Notes: generated by a model from the letters alone, not told the origin. A stretch of 64,000 nt of DNA from an uncultured cyanobacterium (GCA_963706595.1 OY970166.1:2336001-2400000); one strand, 5' to 3'; shown: positions 9,897 to 20,925, numbered from the stretch's first letter. Numbers and translations: made by a program.

Positions 9897-10256
9897 CTGG
9901 GGAGTGGGGAGTGGGGAGTGGGGAGTGGGTTAAAACCCGAATGGTGTCTAAGTCTGATGATCCGTTTATGTCTTAATCTCCTGGGCAGTTGCTATATCTC
10001 TAAAAATAGCCATAATTTTCTCCTGCTTCCTATTTGCCAACCCGTGATAAAATGTCGCATAACTAACTACAAAAACCAGATGCTTTGAGCGATTACGTCG
10101 GGAAACTTGCCGTCCCTGACAAAACTTATTGCTAAAATCAATTATTCTGCTTATAGCAACCGCCAAGGACGTTAGGACATAAACTGATCATAAAAGTTAG
10201 ATACCGAAAGGTTTTTACCCTACTCCCCACTCCCCACTCCCCACTCCCCAGCTATA
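9897..10256. repeat. Inverted pair of ~100-bp repeat elements containing GGGGAGT heptamer arrays
   Basis: 9897-9996 aligns with the reverse complement of 10152-10256; related fragments at ~32507 and ~63660. Confidence 0.8.
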
Positions 10257-10274
10257 TATCTAGGAAAAGTTTCT

Positions 10275-10808
10275 ATGGCTATTTTAGATTCCAAAGGACG
10301 TTTGTTCGGCAAAATCAATCTCCTTGATTTCGGTGCTGCACTGGTAATTTTACTAGTAATAATTGGTATATTTGTTTTTCCTGGAACTACTGGCTCTGTT
10401 GCCCAAGTTGGGACTAAAACCGTACCCATTGAGGTAGATTTAGCCGTTCGTGGTTTGAATGTCCGCGATCCTGAGCGGTTATTTGATCAAGGATTAACAA
10501 AAGGCGGTAAAACTAACGTGATTATCCGCAATCAACCCTACGGTCAGATTGGGATCAAATCTGTTCAAGTCCTACCTAGAACCTTAACAGTTTCCCAACC
10601 AGATGGTTCTGTTAAAGAATTACCAGACCCCAGGAGCAACAATTTTAGTACAGATATGCTTTTAACTTTAGAAGGTAAAGCTCAAGTTACTGACAGTGGG
10701 CTAGTTTTAGGTAAGAGCCAAGTAAAAATTGGGACGACTTTTGAATTAGAAGGTTTTAACTATAATTTTAATTCTACTGTGATCGATGTCCGATTGTTAG
10801 ATAAATAA
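10275..10808 (+). CDS. DUF4330 family membrane-anchored protein
   Basis: MAILDSKGRLFGKINLLD start, one TM helix, IIRNQP motif. Confidence 0.85.
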   Translation: MAILDSKGRLFGKINLLDFGAALVILLVIIGIFVFPGTTGSVAQVGTKTVPIEVDLAVRGLNVRDPERLFDQGLTKGGKTNVIIRNQPYGQIGIKSVQVLPRTLTVSQPDGSVKELPDPRSNNFSTDMLLTLEGKAQVTDSGLVLGKSQVKIGTTFELEGFNYNFNSTVIDVRLLDK

Positions 10809-10816
10809 TAGAAGAA

Positions 10817-10969
10817 GATAAATCTCTACAAGAAGACGCGATAAATCTCAAAGAAGACGCGATAAATCTCAAAGAAGACGTGATAAATCTCAAAGAAGAC
10901 GTGATAAATCTCTACAAGAAGACGCGATAAATCTCTACAAGAAGACGCGATAAATCGCGTCTCTACAAG
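10817..10969. repeat. Tandem array of six 21/23-bp units ending in a REP-like hairpin
   Basis: AGAAGACG(C/T)GATAAATCTC units; terminal AGACGCGATAAATCGCGTCTCTAC. Confidence 0.9.
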
Positions 10970-10981
10970 GCTATAAAATCA

Positions 10982-11881
10982 CTAATCTAACATAGGAAAA
11001 AATTGGCGAATTAACCCAATAGTTACGGCTGGTAGTTCCAACTGAGGCGTTAATCCTACATTTTCTAATGGTTGAAATATTCGGATAGCTTGGGGATTTT
11101 TTTCGGAAAGACGACGACCAATTTCTGGTCCAGTAAATTCTGACTTTTGTCCCCAAATAATCGCGGTGGGAGTTGTCAATTGTTGAATGTATAAGGACAA
11201 ATCAAAACATAAGTCGCCACGGACAAAGGAAAGGGCGGCATATTCAGCATTGGGTTGTTGGGCAGATTGCAGATAAGCTGTGACAATTTCTTCGTATATA
11301 CGATTAGACTGGGCAAATTGCCGTTGTTCTAAAAAGTTACGAATACCCGCGCTTGTGGCAATTCCAGTGCTATAAAGTAGGCGGTCAATAATGGGAACGC
11401 TGACTATCTGGGCAAAAACGCTGCGAGAGTAGTCTTCGCCAAAATCCGAGAGTCCGGCTGGTGTGATCAGTATTAAAGACTGGAATAAATCAGGATAGGC
11501 GATCGCCACTCGAATTGTAAAGGCCGCAGTCAGGGAAGAAGCAATCACTTTCACAGGACCTGTACAAGTCTGTTGGATAAACTCCCGAATCGTTGTGAGA
11601 TAGTCATCAATCATGTAGTTCCGGGCTGGATGCTCAGACCTACCCCAACCAATTAAATCTGGTGCTAAAACGCGATATTCGGCAGCAAAAGCCGGATAAA
11701 CTTTCGACCACTCATAAGCAGAAGACCCACCACCAAAGCCATGTAGGAATACTAAAGTTTCCCTCTCATCTTGTTTGGCAGTGGAATTTTCCTGCCAAGG
11801 TGAGCTAGTGGCAGTATAATAAACCATCTTACCTAGTGAGGTAATTATGGAGCGTTGCTCAAATCCTTGTGGCTGAAACAT
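10982..11881 (-). CDS. Alpha/beta fold hydrolase
   Basis: LVFLHGFGGG, APDLIGWGRS, IIWG motifs; nucleophile elbow is atypical (IASSL). Confidence 0.9.
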   Translation of the reverse strand: MFQPQGFEQRSIITSLGKMVYYTATSSPWQENSTAKQDERETLVFLHGFGGGSSAYEWSKVYPAFAAEYRVLAPDLIGWGRSEHPARNYMIDDYLTTIREFIQQTCTGPVKVIASSLTAAFTIRVAIAYPDLFQSLILITPAGLSDFGEDYSRSVFAQIVSVPIIDRLLYSTGIATSAGIRNFLEQRQFAQSNRIYEEIVTAYLQSAQQPNAEYAALSFVRGDLCFDLSLYIQQLTTPTAIIWGQKSEFTGPEIGRRLSEKNPQAIRIFQPLENVGLTPQLELPAVTIGLIRQFFPMLD

Positions 11882-12128
11882 AGGTGTTGATTAAATGTAT
11901 GTAATGGTTACTGGATATGACCGATAGTTGCTTGACCCCAAAGCCCTGACCTGTTGGATGCAAACAGACCACAATTCTGATTATCGGCTAACCAAAAACT
12001 CTGCACCTCTAGCCCTTGTCAGATTAAGTAAGTAATTTTTGGGCTATTCTCAAAAATTTATTTGCTTGTAATTGCTAACAGACAAGGATTTATGATTAAA
12101 GATTATTGTAATTAAGTAGGTAAACACT

Positions 12129-12878
12129 ATGGCCAAGGCTTCATTTTTTGGGAAGCAACTGCTTAACCAGATTTCCCACAAGTCGCTCAATTCAAAGCCC
12201 AGAACCTTCAAGCCTTTGTCCGGTCCCGGAGGCATTCTCGGCTTTTTCACAATTATTGTGGCCATGCTGTTGTGGAACTGGAAACTGCTATTGGCAATTC
12301 TGGTTGGCGTTGGGGTGATGTTATTAGTTTACTCAATGCAGAAATGGGACTGGCAATTGCGCTTATCTCAAGTGTGGAAGTTCTTAAACAGCCCCAATTG
12401 TCGTTTAGCCTTAGCGGTAGGTAGTGGCGGTATTGCCACTGTTAGCACATACATGGCTGCTGCTATCTGGGTTGACTCCAAAAGTTCCTGGATTGCGGCT
12501 GGTGCGATTGTGCAAGGTTTAGGAACGTTATTAACTTTAATTTTATTAATGTGGCAAATCGTCAGCTTTTACGGCAACCAAGAGCAAAATCATGTTGATC
12601 AGTTATTGGTGAATTTAACAGAACCAGACTCCTTGAAACGTTTAATTGCTATACGACAATTAACTAAAATCATCACCAGTCAGCGAGTTGATTCACAAAT
12701 GCAAGAAGAAGTTGTTCAATGCTTGCGACTATTACTAACTCAAGAGCAGGAAACAGTAATCAGAGATGCAGCTTTAGACAGTTTACAAGCCTGGGATAAC
12801 AGGCGATCGCTACTATCCGAAAAACTGACAACTTTGATCCCGAAATCTACAAAATTGAAAGTTCGCATTCATTCCTAA
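12129..12878 (+). CDS. Membrane protein with C-terminal HEAT/armadillo-like repeats
   Basis: About four TM segments followed by DSLKRLIAIRQL and ETVIRDAALDSL HEAT-like motifs. Confidence 0.75.
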   Translation: MAKASFFGKQLLNQISHKSLNSKPRTFKPLSGPGGILGFFTIIVAMLLWNWKLLLAILVGVGVMLLVYSMQKWDWQLRLSQVWKFLNSPNCRLALAVGSGGIATVSTYMAAAIWVDSKSSWIAAGAIVQGLGTLLTLILLMWQIVSFYGNQEQNHVDQLLVNLTEPDSLKRLIAIRQLTKIITSQRVDSQMQEEVVQCLRLLLTQEQETVIRDAALDSLQAWDNRRSLLSEKLTTLIPKSTKLKVRIHS

Positions 12879-12957
12879 TGTAGGTCGCTGAAAAATTCAT
12901 TTTTCCCTCTAACTGAGGCTGACAGCAAGATTAACACAGGAGAGGATGAAAAGCATC

Positions 12958-13341
12958 TCATCGCCATCTGAGGCGTTTGCCAAAAATAACAATTTTTCCA
13001 ACTAGCCACAAAAAGAGGCTATAAAACAAGATATTCAGGACAAATGCCTTATAGTTTAGAGAAGTCAAATCGCCATCTAGATCAGCTTTGCCCCAACTGC
13101 TAGTAGGAGAACCCTGTTCTGTATCCCAGATGAATGGTAATGGAAAGCCTGCTCTTTGCTCACCAAATTGACATTCCCCAACTTGACAGGGTGACTTCAT
13201 ACACAAGCTTTGGCAGTTGGCTGGCTGCTTATATTGTAATGAGGTTATGGTTAAACCCGTTCCCAGCAGCATAATCAGGATTACGGAAATTCCTCTGCGA
13301 GCAGTAAAGCCCAATTTTGGCATTGCTTTTAACTCAAACAA
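12958..13341 (-). CDS. Hypothetical small membrane protein
   Basis: 127-aa ORF with N- and C-terminal hydrophobic segments and a Cys-rich loop; start uncertain. Confidence 0.55.
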   Translation of the reverse strand: MFELKAMPKLGFTARRGISVILIMLLGTGLTITSLQYKQPANCQSLCMKSPCQVGECQFGEQRAGFPLPFIWDTEQGSPTSSWGKADLDGDLTSLNYKAFVLNILFYSLFLWLVGKIVIFGKRLRWR

Positions 13342-13438
13342 TTTGTATGACAGTCGCTACAAATTTAGAAGTGAAATATAAAGGATATGTTGCCGAAAGA
13401 AAGGAAATCAGGAAGTTGGCGCAAATCAGGTTAACTAG

Positions 13439-14215
13439 TCATGGTTGATAATGGCTATGAACGTTTGGCGATTGTCGATAAATGCGTCCGTTACGGACTT
13501 GCACTACTGGATGATTGCAACGACGTACTAATTGTTCATCATGGGTAGTCACAATTACGGTTGCGCCAAAGGTATTTAATTTTTGGAGAATCTGCATAAC
13601 TTGCCAAGAATTATCAGGATCAAGATTACCTGTTGGCTCATCAGCCAATAGTAACGGAGGTGTGCCAACAATCGCCCGCGCGATACTTACCCGTTGTTGT
13701 TCTCCCCCAGAAAGTTGATCGGGAAAGCAATCGGCTTTACTCAGTAAACCTACTAACTTCAAAGTTGGTGCTAAACGTCGGTGAATTTCCTTACGTGTAT
13801 ATCCTTGAGCTTGCAAAACAAAAGTGATGTTTTCTGCCACTGTACGCTGAGGAATCAATTTGTAGTCTTGAAAGACAATCCCAATACGTCTGCGTAATTC
13901 TGACAGGCGATCGCCTCGCAAAGTCTTCACATTACAATCATTCACAATCACATCGCCCTGTGTTGCTAACTCCTCACCATACAACAGTTTTAACAGCGTT
14001 GATTTCCCTGAACCACTAGGCCCAGTGATAAATAAAAATCCCTTTTTTTTGACCTCTAAATTGACATCCAATAAAGCATGACAGCCATTTGTATAGGTTT
14101 TCGTCACAGAGCGTAATTGTACCATTGCCTCTGTGTTGCTAATATGCTGTTGAGTTGGGCGGTCTTCTGTGTTAATTGATTTATCAGTAGTTTTTGGGGT
14201 TGTTAATCCTGGCAT
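13439..14215 (-). CDS. ftsE: Cell division ATP-binding protein FtsE
   Basis: [52 protein letters not shown]. Confidence 0.9.
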   Translation of the reverse strand: MPGLTTPKTTDKSINTEDRPTQQHISNTEAMVQLRSVTKTYTNGCHALLDVNLEVKKKGFLFITGPSGSGKSTLLKLLYGEELATQGDVIVNDCNVKTLRGDRLSELRRRIGIVFQDYKLIPQRTVAENITFVLQAQGYTRKEIHRRLAPTLKLVGLLSKADCFPDQLSGGEQQRVSIARAIVGTPPLLLADEPTGNLDPDNSWQVMQILQKLNTFGATVIVTTHDEQLVRRCNHPVVQVRNGRIYRQSPNVHSHYQP

Positions 14216-14420
14216 TCTCAACTTTCCTCAAGTCCTCAAGCAAATAGCGGGAAGTTTGTGATTTGATCTGCACCTTAAAACCAGGATTCCCCGTTTTTGC
14301 CTGGGAATCTCAAATTGAAAGTCTAAAAATGAAAATTTGTTAAAGCTTTAATTACTTTACTCAGTAATAACACACAGCAGTATTGCCCAGACGCGAGTTA
14401 TCGCATCTGGGCAATTAGGA

Positions 14421-15173
14421 CTATATTGCACCCCTGGTAGTCAAACGATAAATAAAAGCTTTCACAGCAAATTCTGGCAAAGCCAACATCCGCCGCCAAC
14501 GCCAGGGTTCTTGATAAAGCCGATACAGCCATTCCAAGTTGTTATTTCCTAACCAAGCCGGAGCGCGAGTTTTTATCCCTGACCAAATATCGAAGCTACC
14601 ACCAACACCAATCCAAATTGCTTGGGGGCATAAATGACGGTTTTGGGCAATCCACAACTCTTGACGTGGTACTCCCAAACCGACAAAAATCAGTTGTGGC
14701 TGTAATTGAGTGAGTCTTTGTTTTAATTCCTCTTCTTGTTCTGGAGTATGGTAGCCAGAATTAGTACCTACTATATTCAATGTGGGGATTTGCTGCTGCC
14801 AAAATTCTGCGGCTTTTGCAACTACTCCAGTTGCTCCACCATAGAAAAAGAGTTTTGTGTCTGTTTGCTGTTGTCCGATTTCTTGCAACAGGGTTTCTGC
14901 TAGCTCAATACCTGGACAACGCTGGACTTTTTGCCAGAAAAGCCAACGTAAATACAAAACTACCCCCGCACCATCTGGAATTACTAGCTCGGCATTTTGA
15001 ATTATTTGAGCCAGAGTTGGATTGCGTTCTGCCTGCATAGTCATTTCTGCATTCAGCGTAACTACATGAGTCCCTCTGCTGTGTTGTAGGCATTCCAGCA
15101 ACCAGCCTGGATAGTTACTCATGACATGAACTGGTATTCCCAGTACCGAAAACATTTGAGGCGGTTTAAACAT
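14421..15173 (-). CDS. WecB/TagA/CpsF family glycosyltransferase
   Basis: VVTLNAE, IPDGAGVV, VGLGVPRQE, GVGGSFD, EWLYRL..EPWR. Confidence 0.93.
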   Translation of the reverse strand: MFKPPQMFSVLGIPVHVMSNYPGWLLECLQHSRGTHVVTLNAEMTMQAERNPTLAQIIQNAELVIPDGAGVVLYLRWLFWQKVQRCPGIELAETLLQEIGQQQTDTKLFFYGGATGVVAKAAEFWQQQIPTLNIVGTNSGYHTPEQEEELKQRLTQLQPQLIFVGLGVPRQELWIAQNRHLCPQAIWIGVGGSFDIWSGIKTRAPAWLGNNNLEWLYRLYQEPWRWRRMLALPEFAVKAFIYRLTTRGAI

Positions 15174-15483
15174 AGCCCGATCTTAAATTAGACTCACACC
15201 AGATTCTCCAGGCCGTAAGTTTATCAAATTTTTCTACAGACCGTCTGTGAAAAATTGAGCAACCAATAATTTATGCGCGCTGCTGTGTGATCAGACTGCA
15301 TGAGCTTCATTTCGGTATCCATCAAGATAAAATTTAGCCATAATCAGGAATGATGACTTATTACCATGCATCTATATTGAAATTTCGAGGCAGGCATTTC
15401 CCACAAATCACATTCGCGGGCTGACAGAGCAAAGAGATTCGGTGAACTTGATTTTAAAGTTAAAGTAATGTAACGTACGCAAT

Positions 15484-16206
15484 TTGACTATGAGTAAGAT
15501 TCGTATTGCTCTGATTGAAGATCATGACCTGACTCGTGTAGGTATTCGGACGGCTTTACTACAAAAGGATGAAGTTGAAGTTGTCGGAGAAGCTGCCAAT
15601 GCGGCGGCCGGTTTAAAAATGTTAAAAAAGGTACAGCCTGATATTGCAATTATCGATATTGGTTTACCAGACAAGGATGGTATTGAACTGACGCGGGAAT
15701 TAAAAGCTTTCACCAATGGAGACGATTCCGCCACAAAGGTGCTAATTCTAACCCTTCAGGACAACAAAGAAGCCGTGCTGGCAGCTTTTGCGGCTGGGGC
15801 AGACTCTTACTGTATGAAGGATATCAAGTTTGATAATTTGCTCGAAGCCATACGAGTTACTTACAATGGCAATGCTTGGATTGATCCAGCGATCGCGCGA
15901 ATTGTGTTGCAACAAGCCCAAAAGAATCCTCCATTACGGGAAACTGTTTCCACGGGTCAGAAAAATATTTTGCCCAACTCAGAATCTGAGGACGAAGAAA
16001 ATACTGACACTTATACCCTTACAGAAAGGGAGTTAGAAGTGCTACAGTTAATCGTTGAAGGTTGTAGCAATGCACTGATTGCCGAACGACTATATATTAC
16101 TGTTGGGACTGTAAAAACACACGTCAGAAATATTTTGAATAAGCTATGTGCCGATGACCGTACCCAAGCGGCAGTACGCGCCTTGCGTTCTGGATTGGTG
16201 GGATAA
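15484..16206 (+). CDS. NarL/LuxR family response regulator
   Basis: Receiver domain (EDH, DIGLP) plus LTERELEVL...TVKTHVRNI HTH; ATG 15490 is an alternative start. Confidence 0.93.
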   Translation: MTMSKIRIALIEDHDLTRVGIRTALLQKDEVEVVGEAANAAAGLKMLKKVQPDIAIIDIGLPDKDGIELTRELKAFTNGDDSATKVLILTLQDNKEAVLAAFAAGADSYCMKDIKFDNLLEAIRVTYNGNAWIDPAIARIVLQQAQKNPPLRETVSTGQKNILPNSESEDEENTDTYTLTERELEVLQLIVEGCSNALIAERLYITVGTVKTHVRNILNKLCADDRTQAAVRALRSGLVG

Positions 16207-16385
16207 AGTTAAATTTGAGTGTAAAAACCATGAAACCAACTCCACCGAAATTAAAAACTTTGAGTGAATTTATCAGCTCCAAGTGGGTAACTTCTCTTTA
16301 GAGATTATTTTTAACCTTGAGGTAATAGGTGGGATAAAAATTGCAAAATCTCGCCATTTTAGTATCCCAAAATTTAAAGTCAAAT

Positions 16386-18059
16386 ATGACTGTAACAGAC
16401 ACAGGCAAACTGAAGCTCATGGTCGTAGACGATGAGCAGGACAACTTAGATTTACTCTATCGTACTTTTAGGCGAGACTTTCAAGTATATAAAGCCAATC
16501 ATGCTTTGAGTGCGCTAGAAATTCTCGACAAAGAAGGCGAGATGGCTGTGATTATTTCGGATCAAAGGATGCCGGAAATGAACGGTACCGACTTTCTTAG
16601 TCTCACAGTGGAGCGATTTCCCGATACAATTCGGATTTTACTAACTGGCTTTACTGATGTTGAAGACTTGGTAGCGGCAATTAATTCTGGTCAAGTGTTC
16701 AAGTACATCACCAAACCCTGGAGTCCTGAACAACTTAAGGTATTAGTTGAGCAAGCCACTGATACATATTGCCTAGTCAAGAAGCGTACCCGCGAGTTAA
16801 GTCGGGCTTTGCGGCGAGAATCTTTGTTCAATGCGGTGACAACGGCAATTCGGGAATCCCTGGATTACGACAGTATGCTGCAAAAAATTGTGGCTACTAT
16901 TGGACACTCATTTGCAACAACTTGTTGTTTACTCAGACCAGTAGAAGGCGATCGCTTGACAGAAGAGGAATTTTGTTACCAAGACTCTAACTCCAGTTGC
17001 CCTGATTTTACCTACGATCCCAGTCTGTTAATTGAAAAAGTTCTCCAAACCCGCCATTATCAACTGACTCAAGATACTTATGACGGCAACAACTCTCAAC
17101 AGATGGTTGTACCACTGGCCTACCAGCAGCATTTGCTAGCTGTCCTTGCTATCTACCAGTGGGGAAAGGAACAACTTTGGCAAGAGGAAGAAATTCAACT
17201 GATGGCAGGTGTAGCTGAACAAGCAGCTTTAGCTCTCTCCCAAGCAAAACTCTACCAGCGCCTCCAAGAAAAGCAAGCACAGCTCGGCACTGAATTGGAA
17301 GTGGCTCGCCAAATTCAGCACAATCTGCTCCGCCAAACTCTACCAGATATCAATGGTGGGAAGGTGCAAGCCTGTTGCTACCCAGCCCATGAAGTGGGAG
17401 GAGATTTTTTTGAGGTATTTGTCCATCCCAAGGGCGATTTATGGTTAGCCGTGGGTGATGTTTCCGGTAAAGGTGTCCCAGCTGCTTTATTCATGGCTAG
17501 TGCAATTTCGGTATTACGCCGAGAATTAGCTCAAGAAACACCAGCCGAGCCAAATGTAGTGGTACATCACCTCAACAACGCTCTTGGTGATGACTTGATT
17601 GGCAACAATTGCTTCATTACCCTCGTCCTTGCTCGTTATACTCCTACAACCAAAGAATTAGTTTATGCTAATGCCGGTCACATCTATCCTTTAGTTTGGT
17701 CCCATCAAAACAATGTCGCCGTTAACCCGAATTATCTCAAAGTGCGTGGCATTCCTTTAGGTATATTGCCCCAGTGGCAAGCAAAATCGGGTCGCTTAAC
17801 TCTCGCTTCAGGAGATACCTTATTACTAGCTAGTGATGGAATTACTGAAGCTATGGTATCAAATAAATTTTTAAATCCTGGAACTACTGTGGATAGCCGA
17901 CAGCTAATCAGCCGTTCTATGCTCAATCAAGAAGGGCTTTGGACAATTTTACAAAGAGAACCCCAACCACTTTCTCTTGAAAATTTACTAGCTCGCATTC
18001 AAGCCGATCACCACATTCAAGAAGATGATCAAACTATACTCTCACTGGAGGTTTTATAG
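16386..18059 (+). CDS. SpoIIE/RsbU-type PP2C phosphatase with receiver and GAF domains
   Basis: VVDDE, SDQRMP receiver; GAF; VGGDFF, GDVSGKG, NAGH, SDGITE, EDDQT. Confidence 0.92.
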   Translation: MTVTDTGKLKLMVVDDEQDNLDLLYRTFRRDFQVYKANHALSALEILDKEGEMAVIISDQRMPEMNGTDFLSLTVERFPDTIRILLTGFTDVEDLVAAINSGQVFKYITKPWSPEQLKVLVEQATDTYCLVKKRTRELSRALRRESLFNAVTTAIRESLDYDSMLQKIVATIGHSFATTCCLLRPVEGDRLTEEEFCYQDSNSSCPDFTYDPSLLIEKVLQTRHYQLTQDTYDGNNSQQMVVPLAYQQHLLAVLAIYQWGKEQLWQEEEIQLMAGVAEQAALALSQAKLYQRLQEKQAQLGTELEVARQIQHNLLRQTLPDINGGKVQACCYPAHEVGGDFFEVFVHPKGDLWLAVGDVSGKGVPAALFMASAISVLRRELAQETPAEPNVVVHHLNNALGDDLIGNNCFITLVLARYTPTTKELVYANAGHIYPLVWSHQNNVAVNPNYLKVRGIPLGILPQWQAKSGRLTLASGDTLLLASDGITEAMVSNKFLNPGTTVDSRQLISRSMLNQEGLWTILQREPQPLSLENLLARIQADHHIQEDDQTILSLEVL

Positions 18060-18062
18060 GTA

Positions 18063-18488
18063 ATGAAAAGTGAGCTTCATGTACCAAGTGATCTGAATTA
18101 TTTAAATATCGTCGAAGGCTGGCTATTAGGGTGCTTAAAAATACACCTTAAAGAATCAGTTGATTGGTCAAGGCAATCAAGTCGTTTGCGGCTAGCTTTG
18201 GTGGAAGCATATTCAAATGCAGTCCGTCATGCCCACAAAGAACAGCCTAGTTTGCCGGTTCTATTGCGTTTGGAACTGAAAAACCGAGATATTGCCATAG
18301 AAATTTGGGACTATGGCGAAGGCTTTGATATCGCTACCTACTTTCCGCCCAATCCTACAGATAAACAAGAAGGCGGTTATGGATGGCTGATTATGAATCG
18401 TCTGATGGATAATGTTGAATATCAGTTACAAGTTGATGGTGCAAATTGCCTCAAGTTAGAAGCTACTCTACCAGAATTAACTAGTTAG
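18063..18488 (+). CDS. RsbW-like anti-sigma factor / HATPase_c kinase
   Basis: EAYSNAVRHA, DYGEGFD, GGYGWLIM..LMD; 3 bp after the phosphatase gene. Confidence 0.9.
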   Translation: MKSELHVPSDLNYLNIVEGWLLGCLKIHLKESVDWSRQSSRLRLALVEAYSNAVRHAHKEQPSLPVLLRLELKNRDIAIEIWDYGEGFDIATYFPPNPTDKQEGGYGWLIMNRLMDNVEYQLQVDGANCLKLEATLPELTS

Positions 18489-18810
18489 AAATTTTGACAA
18501 TTTTGGTTGGCTAAATTGACGATTGCTAGACTTTTTCAGTATTGTTTACGCTCACTTACATAAAAAGTCTGGTAATTGCCGATTTTCCAGTAGTGCTGTT
18601 AGCGCCACGGGTATTGTGAATAAAGATGAAGTTAAATCATAATTTTTGCTAATTTAAGTTGATTTATCAGTGGTAATTATTAAATACTGGATATAGTAGC
18701 AAGCCTAAAAGCCGATTTTATATCTACAGCAAAAAAGCTAATGGCATAGCTCTACAACTCCCAGGATAGACGAGCGGGTAAAGAATTACACTGAGTCAAC
18801 CAAAGTTGTT

Positions 18811-19263
18811 ATGACGAAATCTATGCAAGCTTTATTTTGTTTGTCGCCACGCTATCGCCTTGATGATGAATCACCTTGGCTACAGGGTATCGACCCCAGT
18901 CGTCATTATTGGATTTCAGTGAATGGAGACAGCAATTTCACAATAGCTATACCTGGATTGGTAGTTTCTTCAATGGATGAATTGAAGCAAGCTATCCGCC
19001 AATTTCGCTCTTTGCAGCCTGGGGAACAAATGACTGTGAACAGAATTGCCAGTGATTGTACAATTCACTGTATTAGTCCTAATTGTTACGCTGTGGAAGC
19101 GGAAATTAATGATGCTCCAATTTGGCATCTGTTTGATCAAGAAACGTTAGATAGTTTATTAATGACGGCACACCCAGAATGGCAATGTGCGCCATCAGAT
19201 ATTGAGTTAGGTCGGAAATTGTTAATGCGCTCTTTGCTGCAAACATCTGTCACCAAAAAATAA
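18811..19263 (+). CDS. Hypothetical protein
   Basis: 150-aa ORF with ATG start filling the gap between recognisable genes. Confidence 0.75.
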   Translation: MTKSMQALFCLSPRYRLDDESPWLQGIDPSRHYWISVNGDSNFTIAIPGLVVSSMDELKQAIRQFRSLQPGEQMTVNRIASDCTIHCISPNCYAVEAEINDAPIWHLFDQETLDSLLMTAHPEWQCAPSDIELGRKLLMRSLLQTSVTKK

Positions 19264-19281
19264 CCCAGATGAAAATTTGGG

Positions 19282-19731
19282 CTAATTTTCCCGACGCAGA
19301 GCCAGTAAATCCTGGGGAGAACCTAACAGTTTGATTTTAGCGTTGACAATTTGCCGTTGTCGGTTGAGGATAAAGAACCAAGTGACATTGACACCACACC
19401 AGGAAGTTTCCGCTTTACCTGTCACCTGAAACTGGATTTGGTCATGTTCTAAAGTTTCGACAATTCCTTGACGCGGACAAGCTTGAATATTGTCAGCTTC
19501 TTGTTCTAAATAGAGAGCGATCGCCTCTGGTCCCACAATACCAGATTCAAAGGGCGGATACATCACCCCATCATCAGCAAATAAGGCCGCAGTTGCTGGA
19601 AATTCTCCGGCGTTGAGAGTTTCAAAGTAACGCAGGATAGTGGGTTCGGCGATTCCGTCTATCTGGAATTTTTCTGTGGTTCTAGCGGCGACATTTCTCT
19701 GCGTTGCCTCAATAGATTCAGCATTTGTCAT
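19282..19731 (-). CDS. CTDH, orange carotenoid protein C-terminal domain homologue (NTF2-like)
   Basis: YFETLNAGEF, PPFESGIVG, VTGKAETSWCGVNV resemble the OCP C-terminal domain. Confidence 0.85.
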   Translation of the reverse strand: MTNAESIEATQRNVAARTTEKFQIDGIAEPTILRYFETLNAGEFPATAALFADDGVMYPPFESGIVGPEAIALYLEQEADNIQACPRQGIVETLEHDQIQFQVTGKAETSWCGVNVTWFFILNRQRQIVNAKIKLLGSPQDLLALRREN

Positions 19732-19971
19732 ATATTTACCTTAAATAGGCTAGCTGAAGTTAATTGAAAGTTAAAAATAAAATTAAAAAAAGATCCTGTG
19801 GAAAGAGATTGCCAAAAGTGCAAAACCTCTTTAGTTATATATTGTATTATTGCTTAACAAAAATTCAATAATTATTATATAGCGGTGGGTTAGCAAATGT
19901 TGAACCCAGGTTTTCAAAGGATAATGTATAAATAAGCTGCCGATAATTGCGGCTAAATACACCTAAGAAAA

Positions 19972-20925
19972 ATGGATCAGCATTCTGTGACTAGCAGCAG
20001 TGTAGTTAAAGAAAAAGCCAGAGAGTTGGGATTTCACAAAGTCGGTATTACTGCTGTAGATGGAGTAGATAATACCGACGCACAGAGGTTAAAAGCCTGG
20101 ATAAGTCTGGGTTATCACGCCGATATGGAGTGGATGAATAGCCCCAAGCGTCAGGATATGAGCTTAATTATGCCAGAGGTGCGATCGCTAATATCTGTCG
20201 CCCTCAATTACTACACACCAGACCAACGTCCTGAAGGCGAAGAATACGCCAAAATTTCGCGTTATGGCTGGGGTAGGGACTATCATAAAGTGATGCATAA
20301 AAAGCTGAAGGCGCTGATGTTGTGGCTAGAATCACTGGGTGCAGGTATTCAAGCGAGATATTATGCAGACACTGGCCCGGTACAAGATAAAGTTTGGGCG
20401 CAACGAGCCGGAATCGGTTGGATTGCCAAAAATGGTAATCTGATTACTAGAGAATATGGTTCTTGGGTATTTTTAGGAGAGATGATCACAAATTTGCAAT
20501 TAGAGAGCGATCGCCCACATACAGAACACTGTGGTAGCTGCACTCGTTGTCTAGACGCTTGTCCCACAGGGGCAATTACCCAACCCTTTGTAGTTGATGC
20601 TAATCGCTGCATTGCCTATCATACCATCGAAAATCGGTCAGAAACATTACCTGAGACAATAGCACCCAATTTACAAGGTTGGGTTGCAGGTTGCGACATT
20701 TGCCAAGATGTGTGTCCGTGGAATCAGCGTTTTGCCCAGACAACTGATGTAGCAGATTTTCAACCTTATCCTGCTAATATTGCCCCTCATCTGATAGAAT
20801 TAGCCAACATCTCAAAAGAGGAGTGGGATAAACGATTTCCTGCATCTGCCTTGCGGCGGATTAAGCCAGAAATGTTAAGGCGAAATGCCCGTGCTAATCT
20901 TGACGCATCCAAAGTTAACGAATGA
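19972..20925 (+). CDS. queG: tRNA epoxyqueuosine(34) reductase
   Basis: SRYGWGRDYH, DTGPV, CGSCTRCLDACPT, GCDICQDVCPWN. Confidence 0.95.
   Translation: MDQHSVTSSSVVKEKARELGFHKVGITAVDGVDNTDAQRLKAWISLGYHADMEWMNSPKRQDMSLIMPEVRSLISVALNYYTPDQRPEGEEYAKISRYGWGRDYHKVMHKKLKALMLWLESLGAGIQARYYADTGPVQDKVWAQRAGIGWIAKNGNLITREYGSWVFLGEMITNLQLESDRPHTEHCGSCTRCLDACPTGAITQPFVVDANRCIAYHTIENRSETLPETIAPNLQGWVAGCDICQDVCPWNQRFAQTTDVADFQPYPANIAPHLIELANISKEEWDKRFPASALRRIKPEMLRRNARANLDASKVNE

Noticed and set aside
10817..10969. CRISPR array
   Set aside because: Units are contiguous with no unique spacers; no cas genes in the window.
15465..15478. NtcA site GTA-N8-TAC upstream of the response regulator
   Set aside because: Exact match, but it abuts the start codon, lacks activator geometry and such a short pattern arises often by chance.
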